DNA of 64,000 nucleotides. Source: Flavobacteriales bacterium (GTDB lineage Bacteria; Bacteroidota; Bacteroidia; Palsa-965). The notes beneath the pieces were generated by a model, which saw only the letters and a program-made list of their open reading frames with translations, was not told where the DNA came from and did no database searches. Where the stretch lies: assembly GCA_040377305.1 (NCBI GenBank), contig JBEIPA010000007.1, forward strand, positions 128,001-192,000, read 5' to 3'. Both the position numbers and the translations under genes were made by a program. The stretch's first letter is position 1, and each line of letters starts with the position of its first letter. This document shows positions 1 through 9,361 of the stretch, one piece after another.

Positions 1-1
1 G

Positions 2-73
2 ATTACGTTTGAGCCACCGTGGGATAAGGAGATGATGAGTGAAGTGGCGCAGCTTGAACTCGGGTTCATGTAA
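2..73 (+). CDS. 3' end of DUF59/SufT-like Fe-S cluster assembly protein (partial)
   Basis: Frame from base 2 reads ITFEPPWDKEMMSEVAQLELGFM*, the typical DUF59 C-terminus; lies upstream of DUF2480 as in Bacteroidota suf regions. Confidence 0.85.
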   Translation: MTFEPPWDKEMMSEVAQLELGFM

Positions 74-121
74 TAAACGGCAAGAAGGCAGTAAGCAGTT
101 GGGTAGTAGGCACTCAAAGCA

Positions 122-628
122 ATGGAAGAAATAACAAACAGAGTCGCGAACAGTGGATTGATCACAATCGATCTTGGGGATATGTATCCTGAGGGCGAGC
201 GTGTGCTGTTTGACATCAAGGACCGTTTGTTTCAGGGATTGATTTTACGGGAGAAAGATTTCCGTGAATTTATTGCTACTCACGATTGGGCTCAGTATAA
301 AGACAAGTACGTTGCGTTGACGTGTACAGCCGATGCCATCATTCCCGATTGGACATGGATGTTACTTGCATCGGCACTAGAACCATTCGCTAAGAAAATC
401 GTGTTCGGTGATCTGGAGAAACTTGAGACGGTTTTGTTTGACGAATTGCTTTCTTCGCTTAACGCAGAGCAATACCGTGATCAGCGCATTGTTGTAAAAG
501 GATGCGGCGACAAACCCGTTCCGAAAACAGCGTATATCGAAATGGTTCGTAAGCTGCAACCGGTGGTGAAGAGCATCATGTACGGTGAGCCGTGCTCTAC
601 GGTGCCGATTTATAAGCGACCAAAGTAA
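122..628 (+). CDS. DUF2480 family protein
   Basis: EITNRVANSGLITIDL N-terminus, LFQGLILREKDFR, KGCG, SIMYGEPCSTVPIYK. Confidence 0.9.
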   Translation: MEEITNRVANSGLITIDLGDMYPEGERVLFDIKDRLFQGLILREKDFREFIATHDWAQYKDKYVALTCTADAIIPDWTWMLLASALEPFAKKIVFGDLEKLETVLFDELLSSLNAEQYRDQRIVVKGCGDKPVPKTAYIEMVRKLQPVVKSIMYGEPCSTVPIYKRPK

Positions 629-685
629 CATTCTCTTTTTTTGACCACGAAGTACACTAAGACACAAAGTTTAGTGTTTCGTGAT

Positions 686-1462
686 TTAGAAGTGCGTCGT
701 GGATTTGAGCAGTCCACCTTTGTAATATTCTTCACGGATTTTCTCCCCATTTTCACTGTAGTAGTTCCACGCTCCATCTTTAAGAAACGTAATGCAGAGT
801 ATGCCAGAGAGAATGATCTCGTCAAACCCTGTTTTTTTGACAACCACTGCAATGCCTGCGCTGTCCACTATTGGATACTTCACCGTAAATGCCTGCGGAA
901 GATATTTTCCTTCGGATTCAAGTACGCCGTTTTCGTGAAACATGAACCAAGTTCCTGTTGGCACGAAGCACCTCGTATTACATCTTTCGGATTCGTAAAT
1001 ATCAAACGTCGTACTGTCACGGATTATATATGATCCGGAAATATCAGAGTAATGAGAGTAAGTGCCCCATTGAAAAATAGTGCCGGTCTCATTCCAAAAG
1101 TCTATAGACAAAAAACCTGTGTCTGAATTGATTTCCATATATGCAAGAAGACCACTTCTTGTCCATCGACGCAATGTGTCGCAGTACTCGTGATTTTTCT
1201 CGACATACTCGTCTGATTTGTTTCCGTTCCCGAAGTAGTGTGTCACGCGCCGGTGAAACTGAGAAGTGTCAATCCATTCAATTGTGCAAACAAGGATAGC
1301 GCTGTCGTCATACACATATTCAGTGTTCGAAACCGAATCCAGTATATGTGGATAATTTGCATAGACATCTTCGAACGGTTTTTCATGAATTGGATATTGG
1401 GCGAAACCATTGATCGAATATTGCAGCAGTATGATCAAGAATATGTTCTTCATAAAAGACAT
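686..1462 (-). CDS. Secreted MORN-variant-repeat (YwqK-like) protein
   Basis: Signal peptide MSFMKNIFLIILLQYSINGFA-Q; repeats GTWFMFHENGVLESEGKY and DGAWNYYSENGEKIREEYYKGG; start moved from 1558 to 1462 to avoid overlapping the upstream paralog. Confidence 0.75.
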   Translation of the reverse strand: MSFMKNIFLIILLQYSINGFAQYPIHEKPFEDVYANYPHILDSVSNTEYVYDDSAILVCTIEWIDTSQFHRRVTHYFGNGNKSDEYVEKNHEYCDTLRRWTRSGLLAYMEINSDTGFLSIDFWNETGTIFQWGTYSHYSDISGSYIIRDSTTFDIYESERCNTRCFVPTGTWFMFHENGVLESEGKYLPQAFTVKYPIVDSAGIAVVVKKTGFDEIILSGILCITFLKDGAWNYYSENGEKIREEYYKGGLLKSTTHF

Positions 1463-1466
1463 TAGT

Positions 1467-2192
1467 TCAGTGATAAATTGTCTTTCGCAACAACCCACCT
1501 TCATAATATTCTTCCCGAATTTTCTTTCCGAACTCATCGTAAAAAGCCCATTGTCCATCGCGTAGCAGGACGTCTCCCTCCAAGACTATCAGGACAAAAG
1601 TTCCAGGTGGATAACAGGGACTTTCGTATACAAGTGTGTCTTGGTAGACTTGTTCTGATTCGAACTGAATGGGTAAATAGTTGCCGCTTGATTCTAATTG
1701 ACCATTTGAGTGAAATGTGTGCCACGTGCCAATCGGGGCGTAGCAACCATAGTCGCATGGTTTGGAATTGTATTTTATTTCATTCACAGTGTCTTCAATC
1801 AGGATCGGAGGTTGAATCTTTCCCAGCAATTTGTATTCACCGCGTTGTCGGATTCGATTGGAACTATCGTGATAATCAATGGAAATGTATCCGGCACTCG
1901 AGTAAACATCAAGATGTGTAAGAAATCCGTCAGAGTCCCAGTGCCACGAGGTATCATACTTCATTGCGTAACGCTGAGAGTACTCTTCTCTTTTGTTCCC
2001 GTTCCACCAATATTTTGTAACGTGCCGATCCTGAGCGCTCCCTGTGTCACGCCATTGATAAACTTCGTCTGGTTTTGCGCCGTTACGAAATGTCCAGATT
2101 TGTGTTTGTGTAAGAGAATCGAATCTGTAAACCTGCTGGGCGATTGCATTTGCGCCTAAGAGCATACATAGAAAAGCGAATGGCCGTCTCAT
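1467..2192 (-). CDS. Secreted MORN-variant-repeat protein, paralog of 686-1462
   Basis: Signal peptide; GTWHTFHSNGQLESSGNY and DGQWAFYDEFGKKIREEYYEGG. Confidence 0.75.
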   Translation of the reverse strand: MRRPFAFLCMLLGANAIAQQVYRFDSLTQTQIWTFRNGAKPDEVYQWRDTGSAQDRHVTKYWWNGNKREEYSQRYAMKYDTSWHWDSDGFLTHLDVYSSAGYISIDYHDSSNRIRQRGEYKLLGKIQPPILIEDTVNEIKYNSKPCDYGCYAPIGTWHTFHSNGQLESSGNYLPIQFESEQVYQDTLVYESPCYPPGTFVLIVLEGDVLLRDGQWAFYDEFGKKIREEYYEGGLLRKTIYH

Positions 2193-2224
2193 GCATCAAT
2201 AATCCCCGCCTCGATAAAAAGCCA

Positions 2225-2254
2225 CAAAAAAAAGGTCGCCTTCCGACGACCCTT
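2225..2254 (-). terminator. Intrinsic terminator after receiver gene
   Basis: Minus strand AAGGGTCGTCGGAAGGCGACCTTTTTTTTT: stem-loop plus U-run. Confidence 0.7.
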
Positions 2255-2266
2255 GCATTCACATAT

Positions 2267-2692
2267 TTATTTTATATAATTCGGCGACTCACATTCCTGC
2301 CAGTACTCTACAATCTTTCGGATTGTGGCTTTCAGTTTTTCGGAACTTGAAGGTTTGACAAAAAATCCCTGAACTGATTTGGAGTAGGCGTTGATCACAT
2401 GATCCTGATCGTTCCGCGTGGTGAAGAAAAGATAGGGAATGCACTTGAGCCTTAAATTTTCATTGTTGTGAATCTGCTCCCGGAGTGCCATACCGTTAAG
2501 TTTGGGCATGTCGATATCGGAGAGAATAATGAATGGCTCTATCGGACTCTGCTGCAAATACTCGAAGGCCAATTCACCATCCTTGAAAAAGATAATCTCG
2601 TTACCGAAATCCAGTTCAGTAAAAACGTTCAGCATATACTGCTGGTCGTCGCCGTCGTCCTCAATTACAATTATTGGTCCTGTCTTATTCAT
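2267..2692 (-). CDS. Single-domain response regulator
   Basis: IIVIEDD, ILSDIDMPKLNG, FFTT, FFVKP receiver motifs; start at MNKTGP. Confidence 0.9.
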   Translation of the reverse strand: MNKTGPIIVIEDDGDDQQYMLNVFTELDFGNEIIFFKDGELAFEYLQQSPIEPFIILSDIDMPKLNGMALREQIHNNENLRLKCIPYLFFTTRNDQDHVINAYSKSVQGFFVKPSSSEKLKATIRKIVEYWQECESPNYIK

Positions 2693-2839
2693 AGGTATGG
2701 TTGGGGTTATACCAGAGTGCGAAATTACGCATTGAAACTCCGGGTTTAACAACAATTCATCGCGGATAATGCCGAATAGGGCTAAAAAGAAAAATCCCCT
2801 GCATTTAAACAGAGGATTTTCCATGTATAACGAGGTTTT

Positions 2840-4798
2840 CTACTTTACCAGCATCATCTTCTTCATCGTAGTTTCACCATTTGCTGTAACGCGAACGAAG
2901 TAGATTCCCGACGGATGTGATTCACAGTTGATTATTGCCCGTGAACCGGAAACGGTGGTCGACTGAACTGCACGACCGGTCACATCTACTAATTCAACAA
3001 TCGCACTGTTCTGCGCTGTTGCGAAATCAATCACGAATGATCCATTATTTGGATTCGGCATCAAAGAGAATTCAATTTCTTCCTGCGAATTGACAGCGAG
3101 ACACAAGTCAACCGTAACGGAGACCGTATCAATTGCACCGCAACCTGTGAGGCTGTCAGTATACGCGTACATGAGATCATGTGAACCCGAACCTGCAGTC
3201 ATTGGCGTGAAATTATTTCCTGATACACCAGGACCCGACCAGCTGCCGCCGGAAGGAGTTCCGCTCAAAGAGATGGTTGCATCATCAAGACAAATCATTG
3301 GAGGAGCAATTCCCGTTACTACTGGAACTGAATTGATCGTTACAGTGATTGCATCGGTAGCTGAACATCCGTTTGCATCCGTTACTACCACCGAATAAGT
3401 TCCGCTTGTATTCGCCATTAGCGTTTGTCCGGTTGACATATCACTCCACAAGTATGTAGCGCCAACAATTTGACCGTCGAGGAGAATTGATCCGCCGCAC
3501 AATGCTGTATCAGCACCAAGGAATACAACCGGATTTGCATTGATCGTAACGTTGATTGTATCATTCGCACCGCAACCGTTTGCATCCGTAACATTCACAG
3601 AATAAGTTCCGGTTGCTGTAACCAATAGCGTTTGGTTTGTCGACATATCACTCCACATGTAAGTTGATCCCGCATTGTTCGCATCAAGCGTAACTGTTCC
3701 GCCACACTGTGTGATATCCGCACCTAAGCCAATTACAGGCAGAGGTTGAATCGTAAGTGTGAATGTTGTTGGTGCACTGCTTCCGCATGCATTGTCTGCA
3801 GTAACACTGATTGTTGTTGTCATTGTTCCCGGCTGAACATCTACTGAGGTAGTTCCTTGTCCTGAAACGATTGAAGCATCACCCGTTACCGACCAGGTGT
3901 AACCAGTTGCGCCGCCCACAGGAGAAATAGAGTAGTTGAGTTGCGCAGATCCTGCGCAAACTGCAGTTGTTCCTGAAATTGCAGTTGGAGAGGAAGGAGG
4001 ACCCGCACCAGGCGTGTAGGTGATAATTACTATACCATCTCCGGTATTGTTTCCACCGGTATTGTTCTGGTTCGTTCCAATGCTGTATGAACCACCGCCC
4101 CCGCCGGTTGCATTGATGCTGGCAGAGCCGCCACCGGAATAACCTCCGCCACCGCCACCGCAGTTACAATAACCGTAACCAACAGATCCACCACCACCAC
4201 CAAGTCCATAAGACCCCGCAGTAAATGTTGTGTTGCTTGAAGTACCGGATACTCCAGTTGAACCATTTGGTGCAAGTGTCCATCCGTTTCCGCCGCGACT
4301 GATGTTTGATGGAGTATAGGTATAGTCTAATCCGTTTGCTCCTGCGATTCCACCTGAACCTGGGTTTGAATTTCCATCAACACCATTCTGTGCGGTTACT
4401 GCGTGTTGACCAGCGTAATTCGGATCCTGAAAATCAACACCGGCACCACCACCCGCAACAATCAAAACAGTTGTGCCATTGTTCACTCCGGAACCACCGC
4501 CACCACCCGAAGAAGATGGATCAGGCATTCCACGCTGACCAACAATAATGGTGAGCACATCGCCAGGATTCACTGCGAAGTCACCTTGCATAGTTGCTCC
4601 TAATCCGCCTGCAGGAAACGGAGCCTGGCCTGTAACTTCACCACCCTGTGCACCTTTTGCAGTAATGTTGATTGAAGTTACACAGGGAGGAACTGTAAAC
4701 GTTTGCGTTGCTCCGGTGTAGTTATACGTAACTGTGGTTTGAGCAGAAATGCTTAGCCACAATGCCGCTGCGACTGAAGCGAGTAAAACTTGTTTCAT
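2840..4798 (-). CDS. T9SS-secreted glycine-rich (ALK/LTK-like Gly-rich) protein with PKD/Ig-like repeats
   Basis: Signal peptide, YTGATQTFTVP, many GGGGG tracts, YSVxVTDANGC repeats, C-terminal PNPNNG...GIYFVRV...KKMMLVK. Confidence 0.85.
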   Translation of the reverse strand: MKQVLLASVAAALWLSISAQTTVTYNYTGATQTFTVPPCVTSINITAKGAQGGEVTGQAPFPAGGLGATMQGDFAVNPGDVLTIIVGQRGMPDPSSSGGGGGSGVNNGTTVLIVAGGGAGVDFQDPNYAGQHAVTAQNGVDGNSNPGSGGIAGANGLDYTYTPSNISRGGNGWTLAPNGSTGVSGTSSNTTFTAGSYGLGGGGGSVGYGYCNCGGGGGGYSGGGSASINATGGGGGSYSIGTNQNNTGGNNTGDGIVIITYTPGAGPPSSPTAISGTTAVCAGSAQLNYSISPVGGATGYTWSVTGDASIVSGQGTTSVDVQPGTMTTTISVTADNACGSSAPTTFTLTIQPLPVIGLGADITQCGGTVTLDANNAGSTYMWSDMSTNQTLLVTATGTYSVNVTDANGCGANDTINVTINANPVVFLGADTALCGGSILLDGQIVGATYLWSDMSTGQTLMANTSGTYSVVVTDANGCSATDAITVTINSVPVVTGIAPPMICLDDATISLSGTPSGGSWSGPGVSGNNFTPMTAGSGSHDLMYAYTDSLTGCGAIDTVSVTVDLCLAVNSQEEIEFSLMPNPNNGSFVIDFATAQNSAIVELVDVTGRAVQSTTVSGSRAIINCESHPSGIYFVRVTANGETTMKKMMLVK

Positions 4799-4864
4799 GT
4801 ATTTGTGATTTGGGTTTTGCTGTGTAAATGCAGGAGCCGTATGTAATTCACACGACTCCTGAAT

Positions 4865-6685
4865 TTATTTTCCTGTATACACTACATTGAGTGTAGAATA
4901 ATGAGAAGGTGTGGTGAGCTTCACAATGTAACTTCCGCTACTGAGACCAAGTGCCGCAAAATCAATAGTTGCGTTGTGCTGACCTTCTGATTCATTTCCA
5001 CTGGTGATATCTGCAACTTTTTCTCCGAGTACATTGTAGAGTTCAAGCGTCATGTCACCTTGCTCCGGCATGGTGTATGTAACAACAGTTGTTTCGTTCG
5101 AAGGATTCGGTGCAGCCTGCAACAAAGACGACTGGAAGTTTCCGTACTCTTCCATTCCGGTAATGATTACAGTTTGCGTGTCGATGTAAGTTCCGCAACC
5201 ATTCTCCATGTAACAGATTACAGTATACGTTCCGCCAAATGCATAAGTGTGCGTTACCGGATTGTTCGTGAGGTTAATATTTCCATCGCCGAAATCCCAC
5301 ATCCAACCATCAACGTCGGTGTTGTTGAAGCTGAATGTAACACTGTTTCCTGACTGAGAAACAATGTTGAATCCGCTGGTAATCGGCATCTGTTGCTGCG
5401 TAAGTTGTACAGGAGCGATACACCAGTTATTGTTTTCATTCTGCTCAATGAAGTTATTGTCCGGATCTGTAATTGAAAGAATGTAGTAATCGCCGTTGCA
5501 AACACCCGTGAGGTCGATGAACATGTCGGGCAGATTCTGGTCGTAGATGTCGAGCATGCCGGTGTAAATTCCCTGATCTTGTCCGCAACCGCTGATAACA
5601 CCGAACGGAGAATTCGGAATATCCGCCATGGTGATCGTGTTGCCCAACGTGTCTTCGCACCAACCGTTGTTGTTTGTGCAATCGCCGAGATTGATGAGGC
5701 AGAAACTAACTTTTGCACCAGTCTTGATTACCGGCCAGTTATTCGGATCAGCAATCGTTGTGTCTTCCTGCACGAGTTTGAACTGCGACCAACCGTTGAT
5801 GTGAACGTGACCATGGGATGCATGATAAGTCATTGTTCCCGGAGTCAACGTGTCAACTGCAGTAATAACTCCGCCGTTCTTACGGTAAACAGTTTGTTTC
5901 AATTGTTGCGTGGGAGGATTTCCGTTTGGACACAACGATGTTGAGCAAGGAACACTCACCGTATCACACCAGCAGTTGTTGGATCCGTGAATTTCCATTG
6001 GACCCCAGCCGATGTTTGGTGTTGCGTTGCTCAAGCGAATCAATCCTGGAGTTTCTGTGTGCTGCTGAACGATGATATCATCAGTCGCGGTCATATCAGG
6101 AAGTAACCAGCAGTTGTATGTACTGTCGGGACACATACACCCATTCCCGTTATTCAATGCACACGGACCAAAACTTCCTGGTGGAGTTGGAGGCGGATTG
6201 TTGCAGAATGCGATGCTAATATTTTCAAAGTGCCCGGTATCATTAGGAGCTTCATCACGAATTGCAAGCATCCATGTGCCATTTGGATCCTGCCCGGCAT
6301 TCAGGTTATTCAGAGACCACTCTGGAACGTACGTGCCTGTGAATGGAGTCGGCGCACCCACCAAGGGAACCGGAGCAGCCATGTTGAAGCAAACGTTATT
6401 ATAATCGTTTGACCCGCCACCCTGATTGTTTGCGATGAAAATGGAATCACCGCTTGGAGAAATCAGAATGATATCGAGATCCCCAACGTATGTGTGCGTG
6501 ACATCGATACATACCGTGCATAGACCGAATGTTGAATCGGCAACGGAAGGAAGTCCGGAAACAACAATTGGAAGCGAGTGATATTCATTATCACGGATAA
6601 GCGCTGTTCCTGTGCTGGAAAATGTTTGCGCGAAAGCTGAACCAGCAAGAAGCATTCCGGCAAGGAGAGTGTAGAGTTTGGTCAT
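4865..6685 (-). CDS. T9SS-secreted protein: proprotein-convertase P-domain + lysyl oxidase domain + PKD + CTD
   Basis: HTYVGDL...NGTWML (P-domain); YHASHGHVH, GAKVSFCL, DIY, DPDNNFIEQNENNN (LOX); WDFGDG (PKD); PNPS...SYIVKL (CTD). Confidence 0.85.
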   Translation of the reverse strand: MTKLYTLLAGMLLAGSAFAQTFSSTGTALIRDNEYHSLPIVVSGLPSVADSTFGLCTVCIDVTHTYVGDLDIILISPSGDSIFIANNQGGGSNDYNNVCFNMAAPVPLVGAPTPFTGTYVPEWSLNNLNAGQDPNGTWMLAIRDEAPNDTGHFENISIAFCNNPPPTPPGSFGPCALNNGNGCMCPDSTYNCWLLPDMTATDDIIVQQHTETPGLIRLSNATPNIGWGPMEIHGSNNCWCDTVSVPCSTSLCPNGNPPTQQLKQTVYRKNGGVITAVDTLTPGTMTYHASHGHVHINGWSQFKLVQEDTTIADPNNWPVIKTGAKVSFCLINLGDCTNNNGWCEDTLGNTITMADIPNSPFGVISGCGQDQGIYTGMLDIYDQNLPDMFIDLTGVCNGDYYILSITDPDNNFIEQNENNNWCIAPVQLTQQQMPITSGFNIVSQSGNSVTFSFNNTDVDGWMWDFGDGNINLTNNPVTHTYAFGGTYTVICYMENGCGTYIDTQTVIITGMEEYGNFQSSLLQAAPNPSNETTVVTYTMPEQGDMTLELYNVLGEKVADITSGNESEGQHNATIDFAALGLSSGSYIVKLTTPSHYSTLNVVYTGK

Positions 6686-6777
6686 GTGTTGAGAATGAGG
6701 TTCTAAGGTAAAGAAAAGTGCTGTGTCTGCGACTGTATCTTTTAAGGAAATGCGGCATTAGGACAGATAAATAGCGC

Positions 6778-7122
6778 ATGAAACCGGCCGCTTTTCTGAC
6801 TTTGTTACTGATTGTGGGCTGCTGCGGTCAAATTCCTGCCCAAACTAATGTTGGCGTGTTCACAACCCGAAGACCCGGTACTCCAACACAGGGTGATACC
6901 ATTGGTCGTGGACAAGGCGTGTGCCTCGATACGACGGTTATTTCGTTTGTGGTGACAGTCGTTTATCGTGGTGCGATCACGGAGCGCAAATACGCGGGAA
7001 ATTGTAGCGGGCCACTGCACACAACATCGGGCGGAGCGAAAATATTTTGTTCTGAGATTATTTCACAACCTCAACCAGGCGTGAATGTGCGACTGCCACC
7101 CAGAACATTTTATGTGCGATAA
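6778..7122 (+). CDS. Small secreted protein, GldM C-terminal-domain-like
   Basis: Signal peptide; VISFVVTV...AGN...GGAKIFCSEII...PPRTFYVR resembles the domain in 8032-9358. Confidence 0.55.
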   Translation: MKPAAFLTLLLIVGCCGQIPAQTNVGVFTTRRPGTPTQGDTIGRGQGVCLDTTVISFVVTVVYRGAITERKYAGNCSGPLHTTSGGAKIFCSEIISQPQPGVNVRLPPRTFYVR

Positions 7123-7123
7123 T

Positions 7124-7972
7124 TCAGAATGCGCTGAGAATGTTTCGGACATCATTCACATACCCGCCACCAAATAAATTCACATGCACAAGCAAAGGAT
7201 AGAGGTTGCAATAGTCAACCCGTTTCTGCCAGTTTTTCTCCAGGGGAAAAGCGGCGTTGTACGCTTCATAAAACTGTGTGTCGAATCCGCCGAAGAGTTT
7301 TGTCATAGCAATATCCATTTCGCGATTTCCAAAATAAACTGCGGGATCGAAAATCGAAGGACCTTTGGAACTGAACAGAATATTTCCGCTCCACAAATCG
7401 CCGTGAAGGAGTGCTGGTTTTTCGTTGGGGAATATTTCAACGATGCGCTTGCAAAAATTTTCCGCCGCAGTGAGATCCGTTCGGTCCAATGCGCCACTAT
7501 CGAGAGCCCGCTTTACCTGTGGAAGGATTCTTTCGTTGGTGAAAAACGCGGACCATGAATCGTGAAAGGTGTTGCTTTGCGGAAGTGAACCAATGTAATT
7601 GTCGTGATCAAGTCCAAACTGATTTGCACTACAATTGTGCATGGTGGCAAGTAAACGTCCTGCTTTTTGCCAGTCGATGGGACCAGTCCCGATAAAAGTC
7701 AGAAGCAAGTAGGAATGGCCTTCAACATCTCCCAAAGAAATCACCTCAGGAATTGCGAAGCCGGAATATTTCTTCAGGAGAGCAAGTCCGTTCTTTTCTG
7801 TTTCAAACATGTTTGGGTATAGACTCGCGTTGTTCCACTTCACGAAGTAATTTCCGGAAGTAGTTTCAATGCGCGCAGTTTGAATGATGCTTCCGCCTCC
7901 AACGAATTTCAGCTGGACGACTTTGGCGCCAAGCTCTTTTTCAATACGCGATTTAACAGGCTCAGGAAGCAT
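7124..7972 (-). CDS. Fructosamine kinase family protein
   Basis: VGGGSI, YFVK, FGLDHDNYIG, LLHGDLWSGN, FDPAVYFGNREMDIAM, LYPLLVHVNLFG. Confidence 0.93.
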   Translation of the reverse strand: MLPEPVKSRIEKELGAKVVQLKFVGGGSIIQTARIETTSGNYFVKWNNASLYPNMFETEKNGLALLKKYSGFAIPEVISLGDVEGHSYLLLTFIGTGPIDWQKAGRLLATMHNCSANQFGLDHDNYIGSLPQSNTFHDSWSAFFTNERILPQVKRALDSGALDRTDLTAAENFCKRIVEIFPNEKPALLHGDLWSGNILFSSKGPSIFDPAVYFGNREMDIAMTKLFGGFDTQFYEAYNAAFPLEKNWQKRVDYCNLYPLLVHVNLFGGGYVNDVRNILSAF

Positions 7973-8031
7973 CTCGCGAAGTTAACCGGTATGAATCTTG
8001 CAACAATAAATTGAATCAATTACCTTTCAGT

Positions 8032-8385
8032 ATGCTTAGGAGATTTCTTGTGATCGTATTGTGTCTGTTCCTAAACGCGACAGTTTATTCGCAGTCGGCA
8101 CCGGACACAACAAAGCGTGCGGAGATGGTTACAATCGATTCGATTTCCTCCAACGAGCTTGGATCAATGATACTCGATAAGCATGTAACGGGCTTCACTC
8201 TTACCTGGTACACGACGGAAGCGGTTTATACGTATAATATTTCCGGCAATGCTGTATTCGGTGAAGCAACGACAAAAATTCTCGCGCTTCCCCGGGGAAC
8301 CAGAATCGCGATGACCGAAATCAACCGCAAGGAAGATGATGGATCAACAACTTTCGCTCCGGCCAAAATTTATATCATCAAATAG
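8032..8385 (+). CDS. Secreted single GldM C-terminal-like domain protein
   Basis: Signal peptide; HVTGFTL...ISGN...LALPRGTRIAMTEINRKEDDGS...PAKIY. Confidence 0.65.
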   Translation: MLRRFLVIVLCLFLNATVYSQSAPDTTKRAEMVTIDSISSNELGSMILDKHVTGFTLTWYTTEAVYTYNISGNAVFGEATTKILALPRGTRIAMTEINRKEDDGSTTFAPAKIYIIK

Positions 8386-8387
8386 CT

Positions 8388-8990
8388 ATGCAGATTCGAT
8401 TTTTCATACTCATTTTTTTGCTCAGCGCTTCGGTCGCATTTGCTCAAACTTCGAAAACAGATACAGTTCAACGCGGATATTATATTCCGTTCGGACCAAA
8501 TTACATGTCGTGTAAAGTGGAAATAACTCCGTTGGGAAAGAAGGCCTTTTTTGCAAACACCACGGGGAACAAGCTTCCTGATTCCTTAATGAACATCATT
8601 AGTTATCTGGAACCGGGATCCGTAGTCGCGTATACTGAAGTAACGGTTATGAGTAAAGGAATGCTCGAAAAAGTGTCAGGCAGGCGATATGTAGTCGGAA
8701 CTACCAACACGAGTTTTGTAAAGCGCGATCCTTTTTATCCGGACACGTTGACAGCAAAAGAAATCGCTGCGATTGAACTTGATCCGCATGTTTACCAATT
8801 TTCTGTGTCGTGGTTTGCAGGTGGCAGCATGTCTAACTATGAACTCACCGGCAATGGAGTTTTCGGAAGTGCACGCACGGCGATTGAAGCTTTGCCATCA
8901 GGCACCAAAGTTTACTTTGAAAATATTCGCAGAAAGGAAGATGATGGATCCAAGCGAGTGATGCCAGCAGAAATTCATGTTGTAAGATGA
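8388..8990 (+). CDS. Secreted protein with two GldM C-terminal-like domains
   Basis: Signal peptide; TGNKLP...YLEPGSVVAYTEV and HVYQFSV...TGN...ALPSGTKVYFENIRRKEDDGS. Confidence 0.65.
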   Translation: MQIRFFILIFLLSASVAFAQTSKTDTVQRGYYIPFGPNYMSCKVEITPLGKKAFFANTTGNKLPDSLMNIISYLEPGSVVAYTEVTVMSKGMLEKVSGRRYVVGTTNTSFVKRDPFYPDTLTAKEIAAIELDPHVYQFSVSWFAGGSMSNYELTGNGVFGSARTAIEALPSGTKVYFENIRRKEDDGSKRVMPAEIHVVR

Positions 8991-9358
8991 AGTATTTATT
9001 CATTCTCACTTTCCTGATTTCTCTTGCCGGATCGGTTTCGGCACAGGATACATTTTACGTGAAGAAAAAGCAGCCAAGACAAGTTGTGAATAATGCACGA
9101 CCTGCGTGGACGGCAGACAACAAAGATTCTATTGTGTCATACACGGTGGAATTTCAAAGACCCGGCAGCAACGTGTATGTAGTTTTGCACGAGAAAGGTC
9201 CATACCTGAATCATCCAACTGCTGCATACGGCCCGAATGGATTGGTGCGTTTAATCTACACGGATATAATTGCGATTGATCAGAATGGCGTCCGGTACAG
9301 GCAACCCGATTTGGTCAAATACAATGGTGTGACTGTGCCGTTGAAAGCGCCGAAGTAA
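8987..9358 (+). CDS. Secreted protein, divergent GldM C-terminal-like domain
   Basis: Signal peptide; IVSYTVEF...LIYTDIIAIDQNG...P; ATGA overlap with upstream gene. Confidence 0.55.
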   Translation: MKYLFILTFLISLAGSVSAQDTFYVKKKQPRQVVNNARPAWTADNKDSIVSYTVEFQRPGSNVYVVLHEKGPYLNHPTAAYGPNGLVRLIYTDIIAIDQNGVRYRQPDLVKYNGVTVPLKAPK

Positions 9359-9361
9359 AAA

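Noticed and set aside
641-1033. 130-aa plus-strand ORF, and many other overlapping ORFs in the track
   Set aside because: Antisense or off-frame shadows of well-supported genes with no recognisable motifs
686-2192. Similar 3' ends of the MORN paralogs as a DGR template/variable pair
   Set aside because: Differences are not adenine-specific, both are coding, and no reverse transcriptase is present
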